Of a DNA stretch of 64,000 nt, positions 42,411 through 55,522 are shown piece by piece. The stretch comes from Basidiobolus meristosporus CBS 931.73. Its lineage: Eukaryota; Fungi; Basidiobolomycota. The stretch covers positions 121,202 to 185,201 of the forward strand of contig MCFE01000072.1 of NCBI GenBank assembly GCA_002104905.1, in the 5' to 3' direction. The notes under the pieces are model-generated. The model did not search any database. It had not been told where the DNA came from and saw only the letters and a list, made by a program, of their open reading frames with translations. The translations under genes and the position numbers were made by a program. Numbering within the stretch: position 1 is the first letter of the stretch; every line of letters begins with the position of its first letter.

Positions 42411-45400
42411 CTACAATCGACCTTGTAATATCATATCGATGCACGAGTTGACATAGTCCTTTCTCAAATTCATATCTACATGGAAATGGGCGGATAGCTC
42501 ATCCCGAACTTGTTTCTTCGTGATTGCCATCAAATCTGCGTTGGATAGGATTACCCGGATTTCATCCACAATCTCGGAATCGCCAGGAAACGCTGGGCCT
42601 TCATCATACGCTGTGGATGGGCTCAAGCTGTATTGACTAGCCCGGTGATGCCCTCGCAGATCCATGGCCGAGCCACCAAACCTCGGCTCCCCTCCTCCAA
42701 AGTTGCGGGTATGGACCTTCTCTTGAGAGCGGGATGCTGCTCGTCCAGTCACGCTTCTGGGCGATGTGGAGTATCTGGGAGCAATGGGTGACATGGAGCG
42801 ATCATGGTCGTAGACCCTGGGGGTACCCATAGGTGGTCCGCCGTACATGGAGGGTGTGTTGGTTGGTACAGTGGTGTAACTCGAAGGTACCCCAGAGATA
42901 TATGCTGATGACTGCCCTGCATAAATCGAAGGGCTACCGTAGATGGTGGCAGGTGGCTCGTTTCGCGAATACTTCGATACGTAGGTAACGCGACTACCAT
43001 GGGAACCTGTACTCCGTTTGCTTTCCCGAGATTCATGGGAGGCTACGGTTCCCATCTCCCATACCTCCTGCTCGTAGTCGGACCATTTCTTCAACGGTAT
43101 GGAGCTCGGGTCAAAGCTTTCTTCACTCGAGACATGCGCAACCTTGCCCTTCTCCCCTAACACCACCCTGGTGTTACCCCAACTGAAGTCGTCGAAATGC
43201 CAGAATGAATAGATCGGCAAGAACATGCTGAACACTGGTAACGAAATCAGATAGATGATCATCCAGCCGATATGTTGCCATTGGCGTTTCAATAAGAAGA
43301 TGAACACTTGGAACCCGTAGATACATGCAAGCAAAAGCAAGGACACCAGTGGAACGGCCGAGGGATCCGACGCTACCTTATAAATAAGATAGCCAAGATA
43401 AATGCATTGGATTGGCATGATGATCGTCGAGAGTAGATCCAGAAAGACCACGAAGCGCATCGAGAAGCAGCAGAAACCACACAGTTCCTCCAGATACAGC
43501 AGTTCCGCCAGGTTGTGTACCGTGGAGTTGATCCAACGACGCCGCTGCGATAGGAGAACTGACCAGGTATCTGGCGCATTCGTCTGGCACTTGGCAGCGG
43601 GGGTAAAGGTCATCTTGTTGTAGTTGAAATGCTTCAGCATGAGCGTGGTTAAGTAGCGATCCTCCCCTAACGATAGAAGATTCTTCTTGTGAAGCGTGTC
43701 CACTTTGTTCTCAGAGTAATCCTCAATAACGGCGTTTGCAACCAACAGGGGCTGATTCTTGGTGGGCGTGCGGAATCGATACATGCAGAAACAGCCTGGG
43801 AGGCAGGTGACCGAGCCAAACAGGGATTCGAAGGCCTTGTTCAGATGGTGGGAGATGAAGTACTCATACACCTGAATCATCGTAATGAAAGTGGCCTTTT
43901 CGTTCATCAGTTGGGTCTCCCCGCAGATGCCCATGATCTTCGTGTCATGAAGCATGCATGCGATCATGTGGTTCAGCGAATCGCTCATTACGATCGTGTC
44001 GGCGTCTACCATCAGTACGAACTCGTAGTAGAATGGATCGACGCCGATCACATCCTTGATCTGATGATACATCTCCAGCTCCAGGGGACACATTTCCTTG
44101 TTGAAATGGACCTTGTTGAAGAAGTGCATCAGTATCAGCTGCGAATCACGCTTTCCTCGATTCCCTGGTCTGGAGCGTTCCGTAGGCTTGCCCACCTTCA
44201 CCACGACCAGATAGGGGACCACGTGCCCAGCACACTCGTACAGTCCCGAGTATACTTTGGCCATGTTCAACTGGTGGTTCCCCTCCCCCAAAGCTTTGTA
44301 GGCCAACGCTTCCGGGTCTACACTCGGATCGACCCCCAATATGTCTAGCACAATTCGTGGTGTGGGCCGGTCGTTCCCGCCACCTACAATCATTCCATCC
44401 GCAACAATGAAGAGGAGCTTCCTCTTGTCATCGTACTTGAGTACAGTCAGGGAATCAATCGTCCTCCTCAAGGAATCTTCGCTCTCTGTGTAGCATGGGA
44501 CCTGGCAAACCACGAACTTGTCCTGGTCTTCAGGCTCTCTGATGGAACCCAGCTGTAAGGCGGCTAGGAACTTGAAGAGCAACACTGACCCGAGGAATAT
44601 AGAACAAGCCAATAGCACGTAGTTGGAGAATTTGCATTGGGCGGAGTTTCGTGTGTCCACCACGCCGACATAAAACAGGTTTTGCAGACAGACCTTCATC
44701 TTGTCCCTCAACAACGGGTTGTCCGAATATAACTTGTTGAATCGGTCTGTGATGTCTTCGCCCTTGTTCACAACAAACAAGGTTACCAAGTCCGGGTCCA
44801 TGAAGTCCAGGTCAATCGGGCCAGAGGGTATGGTGTTGGGCGGATAAATGGCGTAGCGTTGCCCACGAGAATAGGAATTCAGGTCATACACCATGTTGTT
44901 GATGATGGCCCAGCGGCGGTCCTGGTTTCTCGCTGCGTCCATCACCGTTTCTGGAGCATGTGCCATCTGGCCCTTCAGCCGTTTCGTTCTCAAAAGGGCC
45001 ATCACGTTGTCCTGGTAAAAGTTCTTCATATTGTCGCCAAGCTTGGAGTACCGGTAGTCATGGTACTGAGCATTCAGATCGGTGTAGTTTTCCAGTACGA
45101 CCGCGGGGCTGATTCCATATTCTCCACGGCCATCGCACATGAAGCTTACTTGAACCGGGAAGAGAAGTTGCCCTACATCTCGGCCCGCGTATGCTTTGAT
45201 CAGTTCGTCGCTAGTGACACCTCGGTGATTGAAGTCCTTCAAAGTAAAAGCCTCGCCTCGGATTGACACGTAGGGCGAGTCTTTGGTGTTGTATGTGGCC
45301 AGCTCACCCTCGGAAAACACATACTGCCTGGGGCAGATCAATTGCCCAAAGAATATCAGGAAAAAGAGCACAAACAGACACAGAAGAAAGATAATGATAC

Positions 45401-48123
45401 ACAAGGCGGTTTTCTCTCTCCAAGCGATTTGTATATCAGGCCGCTTCATCTTGCCGCATGTCTTTAAACAGAAGGATGGGACCCACCATGTGAGACCCCA
45501 GGTGCAACACAGCCAACGCTTCCTCTGAGTGGAGACCACATCTTTCACTTCCACAGGCTCGGTTTCGAGTGTATATCCTTTCTTTAGATCAGAGCTTCTC
45601 AGATTCTCGTGAGATAAAGTATACGTTTCCGACTCCACGACGGATTCACTTGCACTCCGTTCAAAGAAATCGTCGTCACTATAGTAGGATCTATGGTCGG
45701 CATGGCCACTGCGCAATGACTGTTGATCTATTGAAGGAGATGCCACGTAGCTTGGTGCATACGTATACCCTGAGGTGTATTTGGTGAGGCGCGGATCGTA
45801 CTGCGATTCGACTCCTTCGGGAAGCTGGGAAAGTGCTTGGGATTCATGGGCTCTCCTACGCTGCTTGTTTTCAGATTCCTTGGCACGCAACGAATCCTCA
45901 AGTTCTCTCCAAACATCATAGCACAAGTAAACCTTGCTCTTCCCAACCGCCATCTCCTTATCACTCCACTCGTAGACATGCTTAGCAGAGAGACACTTCT
46001 GCCGTAGATCGGGGATGACGTTTACTCCGACTATGGTCAGAATCTCGTCGTATCGCTTGACAAACTCCTCTTGAGTCATGGCAGAGACGAACTCGACTTG
46101 TTTTCTCTCTGCGATCTTGGCTAATCCCAGGTGTGAAACTTGCTCACTAATCTTTGTGATATTCGCCACCGATTCCTTGTTTGATGCATCCCTGGGATTT
46201 ATGCAGAACACAAACCAAGGCTCCGTTTCTTTCAAGGATTCTATTAATTCCCCAAGTGCACCCTGGAACTGGGAGGCAACGCAAGATACCTTTTTGCTCG
46301 TCTTTTCGGTGTCCGGCTTTCGTGGCTTACGGACAGAAGGTCGTCTTCTTGGTATGGCAGGTTGTTGCGCAGCGATGATCGCTTTTTCGTTTCTTGGGTG
46401 ACTTTCGTAAGTAACGGTTTTCTCCGTGAACAGACCCGACACGAAGGAGTTGGTTGTGGGTTGGAATTCCGCACTACCCTTGAATAAACCCACGAAGTCT
46501 GGGCCAATGATTTCCGTGTTTTTCTCCAGAAACCCTGTGACTTGATAGTTTACTGGCCCGCAATAGTGCTGCACCATGAAGTTGCTATTGGTTCCTTGTG
46601 GGACCGTAAAGTTCGGGTGCCCTTGATTGTCACTTGCAAACGCTTGCAAGACTTCTTCATCAGCCAAATCAGTTCTATTTTTGGTTGTCTGGCTCTCCAA
46701 AATGGCGAACAAGCCGGTTTGCGGCTTCATGAACAGGTATAGGCAAGGTGTGTTGTCGGCGAAGGTGACATTGGGTACAATCGTGATTCCTTGCTCGGCA
46801 TACTCCTCATTTTCGTACTCCAACAGATACTGAGTGCAATAATGAAATAGTCGTTCGTTAGCGAAGTTGACGCAAAACTCCTGGAAGTTGTTGACTGGGA
46901 AGTTGTGTTGGCCTAGCAGGTCCACCAAACCGAGGAAATTGTTTTGGTTGTCAGAGCATATCTTGGTGTTTAAAAATTCAACTAGCCAGCTGAAGAGGAG
47001 GGAGTAGAGGGAGCGAGCCAGAACGTCCCGTTGTGCAGCGGCCTGTAGTGAGTTTAGAAACACGCTGCATATTTCGCCATTAATCAGCTGGGTCTTATTG
47101 GTTAGCACGGCCTCTAGGGAGGCAGGTTCCACTCCCAGAAATTTCGCGGCAATCTCCAGCGATTCGATATTTTTGACTGTGGCAGGCTCGCTAATTCGTT
47201 TGGGATGATCGACAAAAGTGATGTTCCCCAAATGGAGGATGGCCGATAATAATCGAAATATCTGCACCTGGTATTTTCGGTTCAGGCCCAGCGATTTGAA
47301 TGCTTTCTTGAGACGAGCAAAGTTCTCCGGAGTGTAGCGGGTGTTGTCCGAGTCGGTGCTGCCGCTGTTTAGGTAATTGAAAGGGAGGTTCTCGTTGAAC
47401 TGTAATTGGGATTTCTCCTCGGGAGTTGCGCCCTCGTGAAGGTAACGGAAAATATGGAAATTCCTTTGCTCGCCTGAGCTGGATGTCAGCCGGGATTTAT
47501 CCAGCATGTAATCCATGATCTTGGCGCCGATCACCCTACCACGCTCATTGAACTGGATCTCGGTGTAGTTACCGAACTGCGAGGCATTCTCGTTGGTTGC
47601 GGTTTGTGCATTGCCAAACGCTTCCAGAATATCGGTTGCATTTGTGATCTGGTTCATCAGATAGGTTTCTTTCTTGGAGGATTCGCGAAGTGCCAACAAC
47701 ATGCGAAATGCCAGCATTTTTGTGTAAGACTTGCCACTGCCGGACTCACCACTAGAGTTCGATCCGTTTAGTTGGTGTTGACTCACAGATACACGCCTGA
47801 ACATACCTCAGAATGATTGTTTGGTCAAAGCCCGTACGTCGCATATTCAAGTAGGCGTCGGTGACGGTATGGAATATATGTGGTTGCAGCTGGCCGTGGC
47901 GTGTCCCAGTGTTTTTGTAATCTGCCAAATATGCTTTAATCAATTCGTCGTTCTGTGGGCCGCCCGTTCTTGCGGAAGCAACGCCTATTAACACCTTGGC
48001 TCCGATCCGCGTATATAGAATATCATCTTGGTATCTATCGTATAATGTTGAGGCAATCTCATCTGAGGTGATGTTGGGGATGGAAACTAGATCTTCGTTC
48101 CCTGATACAGTTGTCGATGCCAT
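42411..48123 (-). CDS. Myosin-motor-domain chitin synthase (class V/VII type; myosin head, cytochrome b5-like domain, CS domain, DEK_C), one intron at about 47751-47809
   Basis: GESGSGKS, LEAFGNA.T..N.NAS.FG, WREK.ALC, GNRGKRDSQ, LMVDADT, CLPGCF.MYR, LGEDRYLTTL, QRRRWINST, WHFDDFSWGNTR, DEK_C-like ITKKQVRDEL. Confidence 0.96.
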
Positions 48124-48964
48124 TTCTGCTAAATGTATGGGTTCTATAATAAATGTTTGTTAGAAGCTTAGCCCCTTCCTGATTAGCCGGATTGCCGTCT
48201 TACCAATACAGCTTGAGAATGGGCATGTCCCAAGGCTCGTTTATAGATTGGCGGCCAAGAAATGGTGATAGTCTAAATGGTTACTATACTTGTAGGGACC
48301 GAAGAGTTATAAACGTCTATAGCATGAGGGGTTTCATATTAATCTACTGCTACAAGTTGGCTGATATGGACAGCAATCAAGGGGCAGATAAGGGAACAGA
48401 AAGGGGCGCGATATAAATGAAGTAATGCCGCTACTAGACGCATTCACTAAATGTAATGTATCTTATACTATCCAGCTTGTGGTTACATTGCTTGATCTGA
48501 ACACTTAGTAAGGATTTGGTGAGCAAGCAATATGGCTAGCACGACTCACCCCCTTATTTGGCCTTTGACTTAAGGGTGACCTTCTGAGAATTCATTGTGC
48601 ATTGCTTTGGATCATTCATTTCATTGAAAATCACTGCACCATCACGCTAACCCTGCTGGATGATATAGCCTAGATTGGCCAACACGATGCACATCTTTCT
48701 CAAACCCTGGTTCAAGTTGAAGATCCTCTGTTAACTGTACATATGACGATCATTCTGAAGCGCAAGATCCCATCGGAATGATCCAGGAACACTGGTGATC
48801 GCTTTCCCTAATTTAGCTAGAAATTTGCTTTTGCCACTAACCTTCCATCCACCTGTTGATCCATATATAGGGTTCATGCGAAGATATAGCTGTAGCATTT
48901 ATTATCACGAATGCCTAATATTTGGCAAGTTTTTCAATCTGATGTGGGCGAACAAAGTTTTAGG

Positions 48965-50377
48965 CTAAGCAAAAGGCTGGTTAGAGAGCCAGCGGTTAAT
49001 CATATCCAATGCATTCTCTGGTTGATTGTAAGGCACCATATGGCCAGCTCCGAAAACTCTCAAAAAGGTGAAGTTGCCGGAATTTCTAACCTCACCTGCA
49101 GGGGTGTTTCCGTTATTCCAAGGGTGATCCTTGGCTTTGTTGAAGTCACTCTTTCCACTCCAATCCAGGTCCAAGGTCCAGGCCTTGTTTCCATACCAAT
49201 TGCAGATAAAGTCCGCATCTCCGGCGTAGATTAGCACTCGAATTCCATCCTCAAGAAGGCTTGGAATCACCTCAAAGTATGGGTACATCCAGTCCCCAGA
49301 TACCATAGTGTATCTATTATAGACTCCATCATCACACTCTGCGTACATTCCACGGTCCGCGCCCAGTTCTTGCTCGATCTCAGAATTATTTAACCACTTG
49401 ATGAGCCCCTCTTCCGTAGGGTAGCATTGGTCCTGAGTAGGACACTTCTGACGCACATCGTATATATTGACATGCTTTGCTTCGTCAAATCTGTTCAAAA
49501 TCCCATCGCAGTAAGTGAAAGCAGAGGCACACGTGTGGGAGTCGCGGTTAGCATAGCAGCTTGATATCATTTTCGCACATTTGGGATACAAAGAATCCAT
49601 TTGAGAGCAAGTACTTTGTTTGAGAATGGCCGGATAGGTCGAATTACACGCCATCGTTGAGTAATACTTGTACTGAATCAGTGGATTGATCAATCCATTT
49701 CCAATCGCGATGCTCTTCAAGTTGATCTTATCTTTCTCCTTACTCGCCTGTTTATTGGCTTGGTGAATGGCATTCCCAACAGCCGGAACGTAGTGGCCTC
49801 CGTAGGACTCGCCAGTGACGTGGAAGTCAAGCTCCTTGTACTTGGGATAAGCTTGTAAGAAGAGGCTTAGGAATGCTTGGACACGGTCAGCTCCTTGAAC
49901 AGAGGTAGTGAGATTTTCTCCGTAGGAAAAGCCCGTCCCGAATGGCTGGTCCAGAAAGATCATGTTGGCTTTGGTATTCCACGAGTTGGGATTTAGATTT
50001 GTTCCGTTGCCACTAGGGTCGGCCCTGCAAGGACCTAATTCCATGAGGAGGCCGAGCAAAGATGAGCATCCCGGCCCCCCATTGAGCCATAGTACCAGAG
50101 GATCGGTTTCGGGGCTTGAGCGAGATTCGAAGAACCAGAAGAAGAAATGCTGATCATCACTCAGATCCAGGTAGCCAGATACCTGCTTCACCGAAGGATC
50201 ACAAAGTTTGGGTTCCTTCACTCGTAATTGGAAGTCGGGGTAGTCTTGGTGAGTGTAATGGGCCCATCCGATGTCGTAGGTAGCGGAGGGACTTTGAGTC
50301 TTTGTTGGTAAAGCCAAAGCGCTGATGGCCCAGCTGAAAAGCAGGGTGCTCACAAGTAGAGGGCACTTGAAGAACAT
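48965..50377 (-). CDS. Secreted/vacuolar serine carboxypeptidase S10 (CPY-like), intronless
   Basis: Signal peptide, LWLNGGPGCSS, DQPFGTGFSY, TGESYGGHYVP, GDADFICNW.GN, GAGHMVP. Confidence 0.95.
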   Translation of the reverse strand: MFFKCPLLVSTLLFSWAISALALPTKTQSPSATYDIGWAHYTHQDYPDFQLRVKEPKLCDPSVKQVSGYLDLSDDQHFFFWFFESRSSPETDPLVLWLNGGPGCSSLLGLLMELGPCRADPSGNGTNLNPNSWNTKANMIFLDQPFGTGFSYGENLTTSVQGADRVQAFLSLFLQAYPKYKELDFHVTGESYGGHYVPAVGNAIHQANKQASKEKDKINLKSIAIGNGLINPLIQYKYYSTMACNSTYPAILKQSTCSQMDSLYPKCAKMISSCYANRDSHTCASAFTYCDGILNRFDEAKHVNIYDVRQKCPTQDQCYPTEEGLIKWLNNSEIEQELGADRGMYAECDDGVYNRYTMVSGDWMYPYFEVIPSLLEDGIRVLIYAGDADFICNWYGNKAWTLDLDWSGKSDFNKAKDHPWNNGNTPAGEVRNSGNFTFLRVFGAGHMVPYNQPENALDMINRWLSNQPFA

Positions 50378-51410
50378 CAGAGAAGAGATGAATAGTACTG
50401 AGTGCTCATTACGAGGTACCCTGTCGGTTTTTTATATTCGGGCGGGTATGAACTGAAAGCCAAGAATTCCCAGAACATTAAACGCTAGGTAAGCCCTCAA
50501 AACCCATTAATTCGCTCCTTTCGATTAGTTATGGCCTTGGAAAGTATTGCCCATGGTTGGCTTCCCATTACTCGTTTGTGTTCCGCTAAGTTTTTGAGAC
50601 GGGAGTTTCACATATGCTCACATGTGGGTATATTTAGAAATCTGCTCACATCTACTTTCATTGGTTCACTATAGATATTTGCTCATATCTGCCTTCTTTA
50701 GCTCACGGCTTCCTTCATTGGCGCATATTTCAACGAGGTGTGATTTTTTTCCCATTTCTAGCAATTCTAGTCCAGTTGATGACTGGTGCTTATCAATTCG
50801 AGTTCTATACTGGTTACTGATGTGCGGGCCGAAGATATTACATTCTCAGTAGATCTGAGTGGTTTCTGTCCATACTGTGGTTTATGCGGAGATTGGTAAT
50901 GTTTAGTAGATGACCAATTATCTGATAGCTTATTCATCAGCGCTGTTTCCTATTACAGCGGGCACATCTTTACGGAAGAAAGAAACAGGGATGCTGCTGG
51001 TTGATGATACATGCTAATTATGGGTGAAAAGGTATGTGTGAGAATATTTGAAGCTACCATCGCCCACAAACTTGTACCGATAAAGAAGGGAGAGTGCCAT
51101 TGAACCTAAGTCTGTGCCTGGTAGGACAAAATGCCCATCACCGGTTTCAGCATCGCAAGATGTACACGCGGCTGATTATTTCATTTTGGAGATTAGACAG
51201 ATATAGCAGCTATAATTTCTAAGCTTCGGTGAATTTTTCCTGGATGACATCAGAGCAGCATCAATGCTACGCCTTGCTATCATTCGCAGTAGCACTAGTG
51301 GAGACAGGTTCCTACACCGAAGTATGCCAACAGAATTCAAAGCAGCGAAAGTACATACACTTTATTAATTACAAAATAAACGCTCAAATCACGAGGCTTC
51401 ACCCACCCAA

Positions 51411-52874
51411 TTAAATCTCATTCATAACCGGTGGATTAGTGGGTACCTCAGGCTCAGAGTGCCCAGTAATTTCTTCGATACTGCGACCCTTCGTCTCAGG
51501 TAAAAAGAAGAGAACGCCAATGAATCCAGCAATACAGCAACCAACAAAGATGAAAAACACATAGCCATGCATCGTCTCCTTCAGGGATGGGAAGAAGAAG
51601 CCCACAACAAAGTTTCCGAGCCAATTGAGACCAAGGGCGCAGGATGCTACTGTAGACACGGCTCTTGTAGGGATCAACTCGGATATAATCAAGAAAGGGA
51701 TAGGTCCCATGCCCAGAGCAAAGGAGACGACGAATGCGAAAAGTCCGAGGATAACAAGCCCAGAATCGTTGCACTCGATTCCTATAACCATGAGTACGTT
51801 GAACGACGCCATCCCGGCAAGACTGAGAAGCACCAGGAATTTTCTTCCAACGCGATCAATCAGTAAAATGGTGACGATGGTAGCTAGTAAATTGATCGCC
51901 CCAACGCCAACAGTAAGATATTGTGCGGTTCTGTTACCATAGATCGATGTAAAGATAGCTGTGGAATAGTACATGATTCCATTGATTCCGCAAAGCTGCT
52001 GGATAATACTCAAGAACATGCACATAAATGCGTGCTTCCGAGTGAGCGGGTCGCTCATCATATATTTGAATCCGTCCATTATTGAGGTGTTATCTCCATG
52101 GGCTCTGGCCTGGGCGCGAGCATCAGACATCAGTTGGAGCTCGCGTGTGATATCCATGCCTTTGCGTAGCTTCAGTAATGATTTTTCGGCGTCATCAACA
52201 CGATCCTTCGACATGTAGTAACGCGGAGTCTCTGTAATGAAAGACAATGTGACCAGCTGGATGATAGCGACTACCCCAGTTAGACTCATACAGATACGCC
52301 ATCCGGCACGGCTAGAGAGACCAAGACCAGCTGCTTGAGTGACTAATTGTCCAATGACACAAGTGAGCTGGGTCATCGCACCATAAGCGCCACGGACTTT
52401 GGTGGTGGACACCTCGCCAATATACGTCGGAAGAACAACGGTTCCAAACCCGGAGCCAATCCCAGTGAAAAAACGTCCAACAATCCACATTCCCTTGTTC
52501 TTTGACAGCCCTAACAAAAGAGCGCCAAGAATGAAGAAGAAATTGTTAAACAGGAGTGAGTTACGGCGGCCGAATCTTGCTTGAGACCATCCGGCAGAAA
52601 GACCTCCAATAGCTCCGCCGATGGAAAAACTACTGATGGCAAAACCCAGTAACCAGTTGCCCATTGGAAAACAGCGAGGGAAGCCGTCCACCTTTTCATC
52701 AGGATTCTCACAGTCAATCATGGAGGCTTGAATGATATTGGTATCGGAAGTGTTCCAACCATTGTTGAAAGACACCAAACAGGCAATGCAAACGCAAATA
52801 ACTGTGTATGTGGAGAACCCACCCTGTAACGAATCAAGAGAGCCTTTTGACTCTTTGGTAGAACGACCAAACAT
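51411..52874 (-). CDS. MFS sugar porter, GLUT/YBR241C-like; likely start MFGRSTKE at 52874
   Basis: FGRRNSL, GRFFTGIGSG, YIGEVS...RG, ETPRY, QQLCGINGIMYYS, DRVGRK, GMGPIPFLIISE, PETKGRSIEEI. A TATAAA at about 52960 lies inside the longer ORF, which argues for the downstream ATG. Confidence 0.92.
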   Translation of the reverse strand: MFGRSTKESKGSLDSLQGGFSTYTVICVCIACLVSFNNGWNTSDTNIIQASMIDCENPDEKVDGFPRCFPMGNWLLGFAISSFSIGGAIGGLSAGWSQARFGRRNSLLFNNFFFILGALLLGLSKNKGMWIVGRFFTGIGSGFGTVVLPTYIGEVSTTKVRGAYGAMTQLTCVIGQLVTQAAGLGLSSRAGWRICMSLTGVVAIIQLVTLSFITETPRYYMSKDRVDDAEKSLLKLRKGMDITRELQLMSDARAQARAHGDNTSIMDGFKYMMSDPLTRKHAFMCMFLSIIQQLCGINGIMYYSTAIFTSIYGNRTAQYLTVGVGAINLLATIVTILLIDRVGRKFLVLLSLAGMASFNVLMVIGIECNDSGLVILGLFAFVVSFALGMGPIPFLIISELIPTRAVSTVASCALGLNWLGNFVVGFFFPSLKETMHGYVFFIFVGCCIAGFIGVLFFLPETKGRSIEEITGHSEPEVPTNPPVMNEI

Positions 52875-55147
52875 AAGTGCAGGTTGTGAAGCTTCTGGTA
52901 TTGAAATAAGATGACTGTTACAGTGTGCGAGTACCTGCAAGTTACTTGAAAGCGTAGTATTTATACGAATGGTGGGCAATCGATCAACACTGCACTGGTT
53001 ATCCATTTTTGGTATTCAAGAAGAGCCAGTTGCAAATAAGTGAATGCTCGATGATAGGGTCAAGGTAGCATAGTTGCAAATTAGCGAATGCTCAATGATA
53101 GGGTCAAGGAAACATGAATCCCGACCACAAGATCACTGTTAATTGCATTTGGCTTTTTGGTCACTTCAGCTGGGAAATCTTACGGTTTGGGTGGCCGTTG
53201 ACATAAATGGGTTGGCGAGTGCGGGGTCAAGTGATGCTACTTGCACTCTCGATCACCACTTGGCTAGAGTCGCTCGCGAAAGCCGTTGGCTAGGTTGCAA
53301 ACTAGTCCGGAAGCACCGCACGGAAAAGGCCCGATTACTGGGTGAATAGGCCTTTGCCAATCGTCTATGCGGATCATGTCTTAAATGTGAGATCCTCTTT
53401 ATTTCAAACCCAATGGCCACGTATCCTTCAGCTTTACCAAGTGGCATTGTAGCCAAAAGGAGATTCGTCGAAAGTATTTCCTGGCCAATGCCATCCCTAT
53501 GGTGAGCAGCGTCATCGTTGGGTTGCTGCTGCGACATGAATTGGCCAGCTTGATGAGCCGTAAACACTGCTGCACTGCTCCGGGGGTTGGCATTAGAATC
53601 TTCAATATTTCGTTTTTCCATGTAGTCTTCGAAGTGAATCTTGCTGCTGCACCTTACCACACTCAGAGGTAAAGCAATGTGCAATAGTGAGTAGGAGTGT
53701 GAGGATATGGCTTCACACCAACTAAGGGGTCAAAGATGTAATCAGCAGTGTTTGCGCCTTGTTAGAGGAAGTAAGTGGCTACATTTGTACCACCAGGTGA
53801 AATCCTTGTTTGTGAAGCGCCAACAGGTGAAATCCTTGTTTGTGAAATCTTTATTTGCGAAGTGAGGAAGTATTAACTGGTAAATACTCGATCGATCGCG
53901 TTGAAACCAATAATGTTGAGATCTTGATCAAAGGCAAATACGTGAATTTCACCAATTCTCTGTTCGGCATGTAGCAATCACCGGCGAGGTGAAGGAAATC
54001 ATGTAGCGTTTCGTATCAAGATTGATATGTCAATTAGAATCGCTCGTTTCCTAGCCAAGCCACCGCGAGGTTGATCATTAAGCGACCATATTTGCAATCA
54101 ATCGGAACATTTTCTCGGGGTATTCCTGGCCGAATCGACCCATACATCTCCAATATACACGACTGATGAAGCACTGTGTGCACATTGCTATTTAGTTGGG
54201 TGAGTTCCTTGAAAAACAACATTTATAATGATTATAACCACCATTTAAATGAGTGCTCCAACAATCAGCAGATTGTTTTCCACTACGGAGCAAGAGCAAC
54301 GTGTCTAACCCTAATCCTAAGTATTCTCATGAAACAAATTGAATACCTACGCTTGGTTATTTGTTTGTAAGCATAATTCGAAGATATGGACCACGCTCAG
54401 CTATCTTGATGCGTTCGGGAACTCTTGATGGCTCGAACAGCTTCCATCCAGTAAAGGCTTCAGCTAATAGAACCATCAACGATGAGACTCCCGCCAGTGG
54501 CATCCAACAATCATCAACGCGTGATATGTATATTAAATGTAATTGCAGTCTTAGGTTATAACTAAGACGTAAGGAACAGTGATTCATTCTGGACGTGTAT
54601 TTATGGGAGAGCAGATCTATGGGAAGGTGTGATATATTTTGCTGGAAATTAAATTCTCGGGATTTCTTTGATTTAGTGTGTGCGGCTTGCGGTTGATTTG
54701 TGCTTGATTTGCGCTTGATTTGTGCTTATGCTACATATTTAACTAATTGTGAAGTGAGATTTTGTAATTACGATTACGATGCCAAGTAATCAATGCTTGT
54801 TTACTCCTTCCATTCAATGAATTCAGTAATTTAGAATAGTTGATTATCAAACTGTGTAGTCTTTTTGATTCTTTCCAATCACGTCGTCCATTTCACTTGA
54901 ATGGTGATGCAAGGGTAAAATAGAGCGCAGGTAAAGATGTTTATTACGTGTAGCATAGGTTGTTGTACATTCCAGTTCATCAGATGTTCCTGCAAATTAA
55001 CATTACAGTGTAACAACCAGACCAAGAATAGTCCCCGCAATGTGCGTTTTATGAGTTGTAAATTAGAGTTGCGTTGGGTCGCTTTTATTGAAATTAGATG
55101 CCATAAATTTTGTCATACGTCTATTTCAAGTTTTGTAAGCTCGATCA

Positions 55148-55522
55148 CTAATTACGGCCTTTAGCTACGGGCTTCTTTCCATTTCCTGGTCCAGGGACTT
55201 TCTTCTTGTTATCAACATTTGGCTTTTTGACCACTGGCTTGGGCTTCGCTACAGGCTTTGGTTTGGCTACAGGCTTGGGCTTTGCTACAGGCTTTGGTTT
55301 GGTTACAGGCTTGGGCTTCGCTACAGGCTTGGGTTTAGCAACAGGCTTGGCTTCGCTACAGCTTGGTTTCGCTACAGGCTTTGGTTTGGCAACAGGCTTA
55401 GGCTTTGCTGCCTGGCCACCATTGCGGCTTACACCTTTAGAAGGGAGAGCACCTGCTTGAGCTGCATTGATGGCAAGGGCCACGAAGAAGATGATTAAAA
55501 TTAATGGACTAGTGAACCTCAT
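55148..55522 (-). CDS. Small secreted Lys/Pro-rich repeat protein, about 10 (AKPKPV) units
   Basis: Hydrophobic signal peptide MRFTSPLILIIFFVALAINAAQA, 18 bp coding repeat with silent variation, and TATATAA about 40 bp upstream. Confidence 0.75.
   Translation of the reverse strand: MRFTSPLILIIFFVALAINAAQAGALPSKGVSRNGGQAAKPKPVAKPKPVAKPSCSEAKPVAKPKPVAKPKPVTKPKPVAKPKPVAKPKPVAKPKPVVKKPNVDNKKKVPGPGNGKKPVAKGRN

Noticed and set aside
53253-53684. 143 aa minus-strand ORF
   Set aside because: Non-ATG start, no domain and no support from composition.
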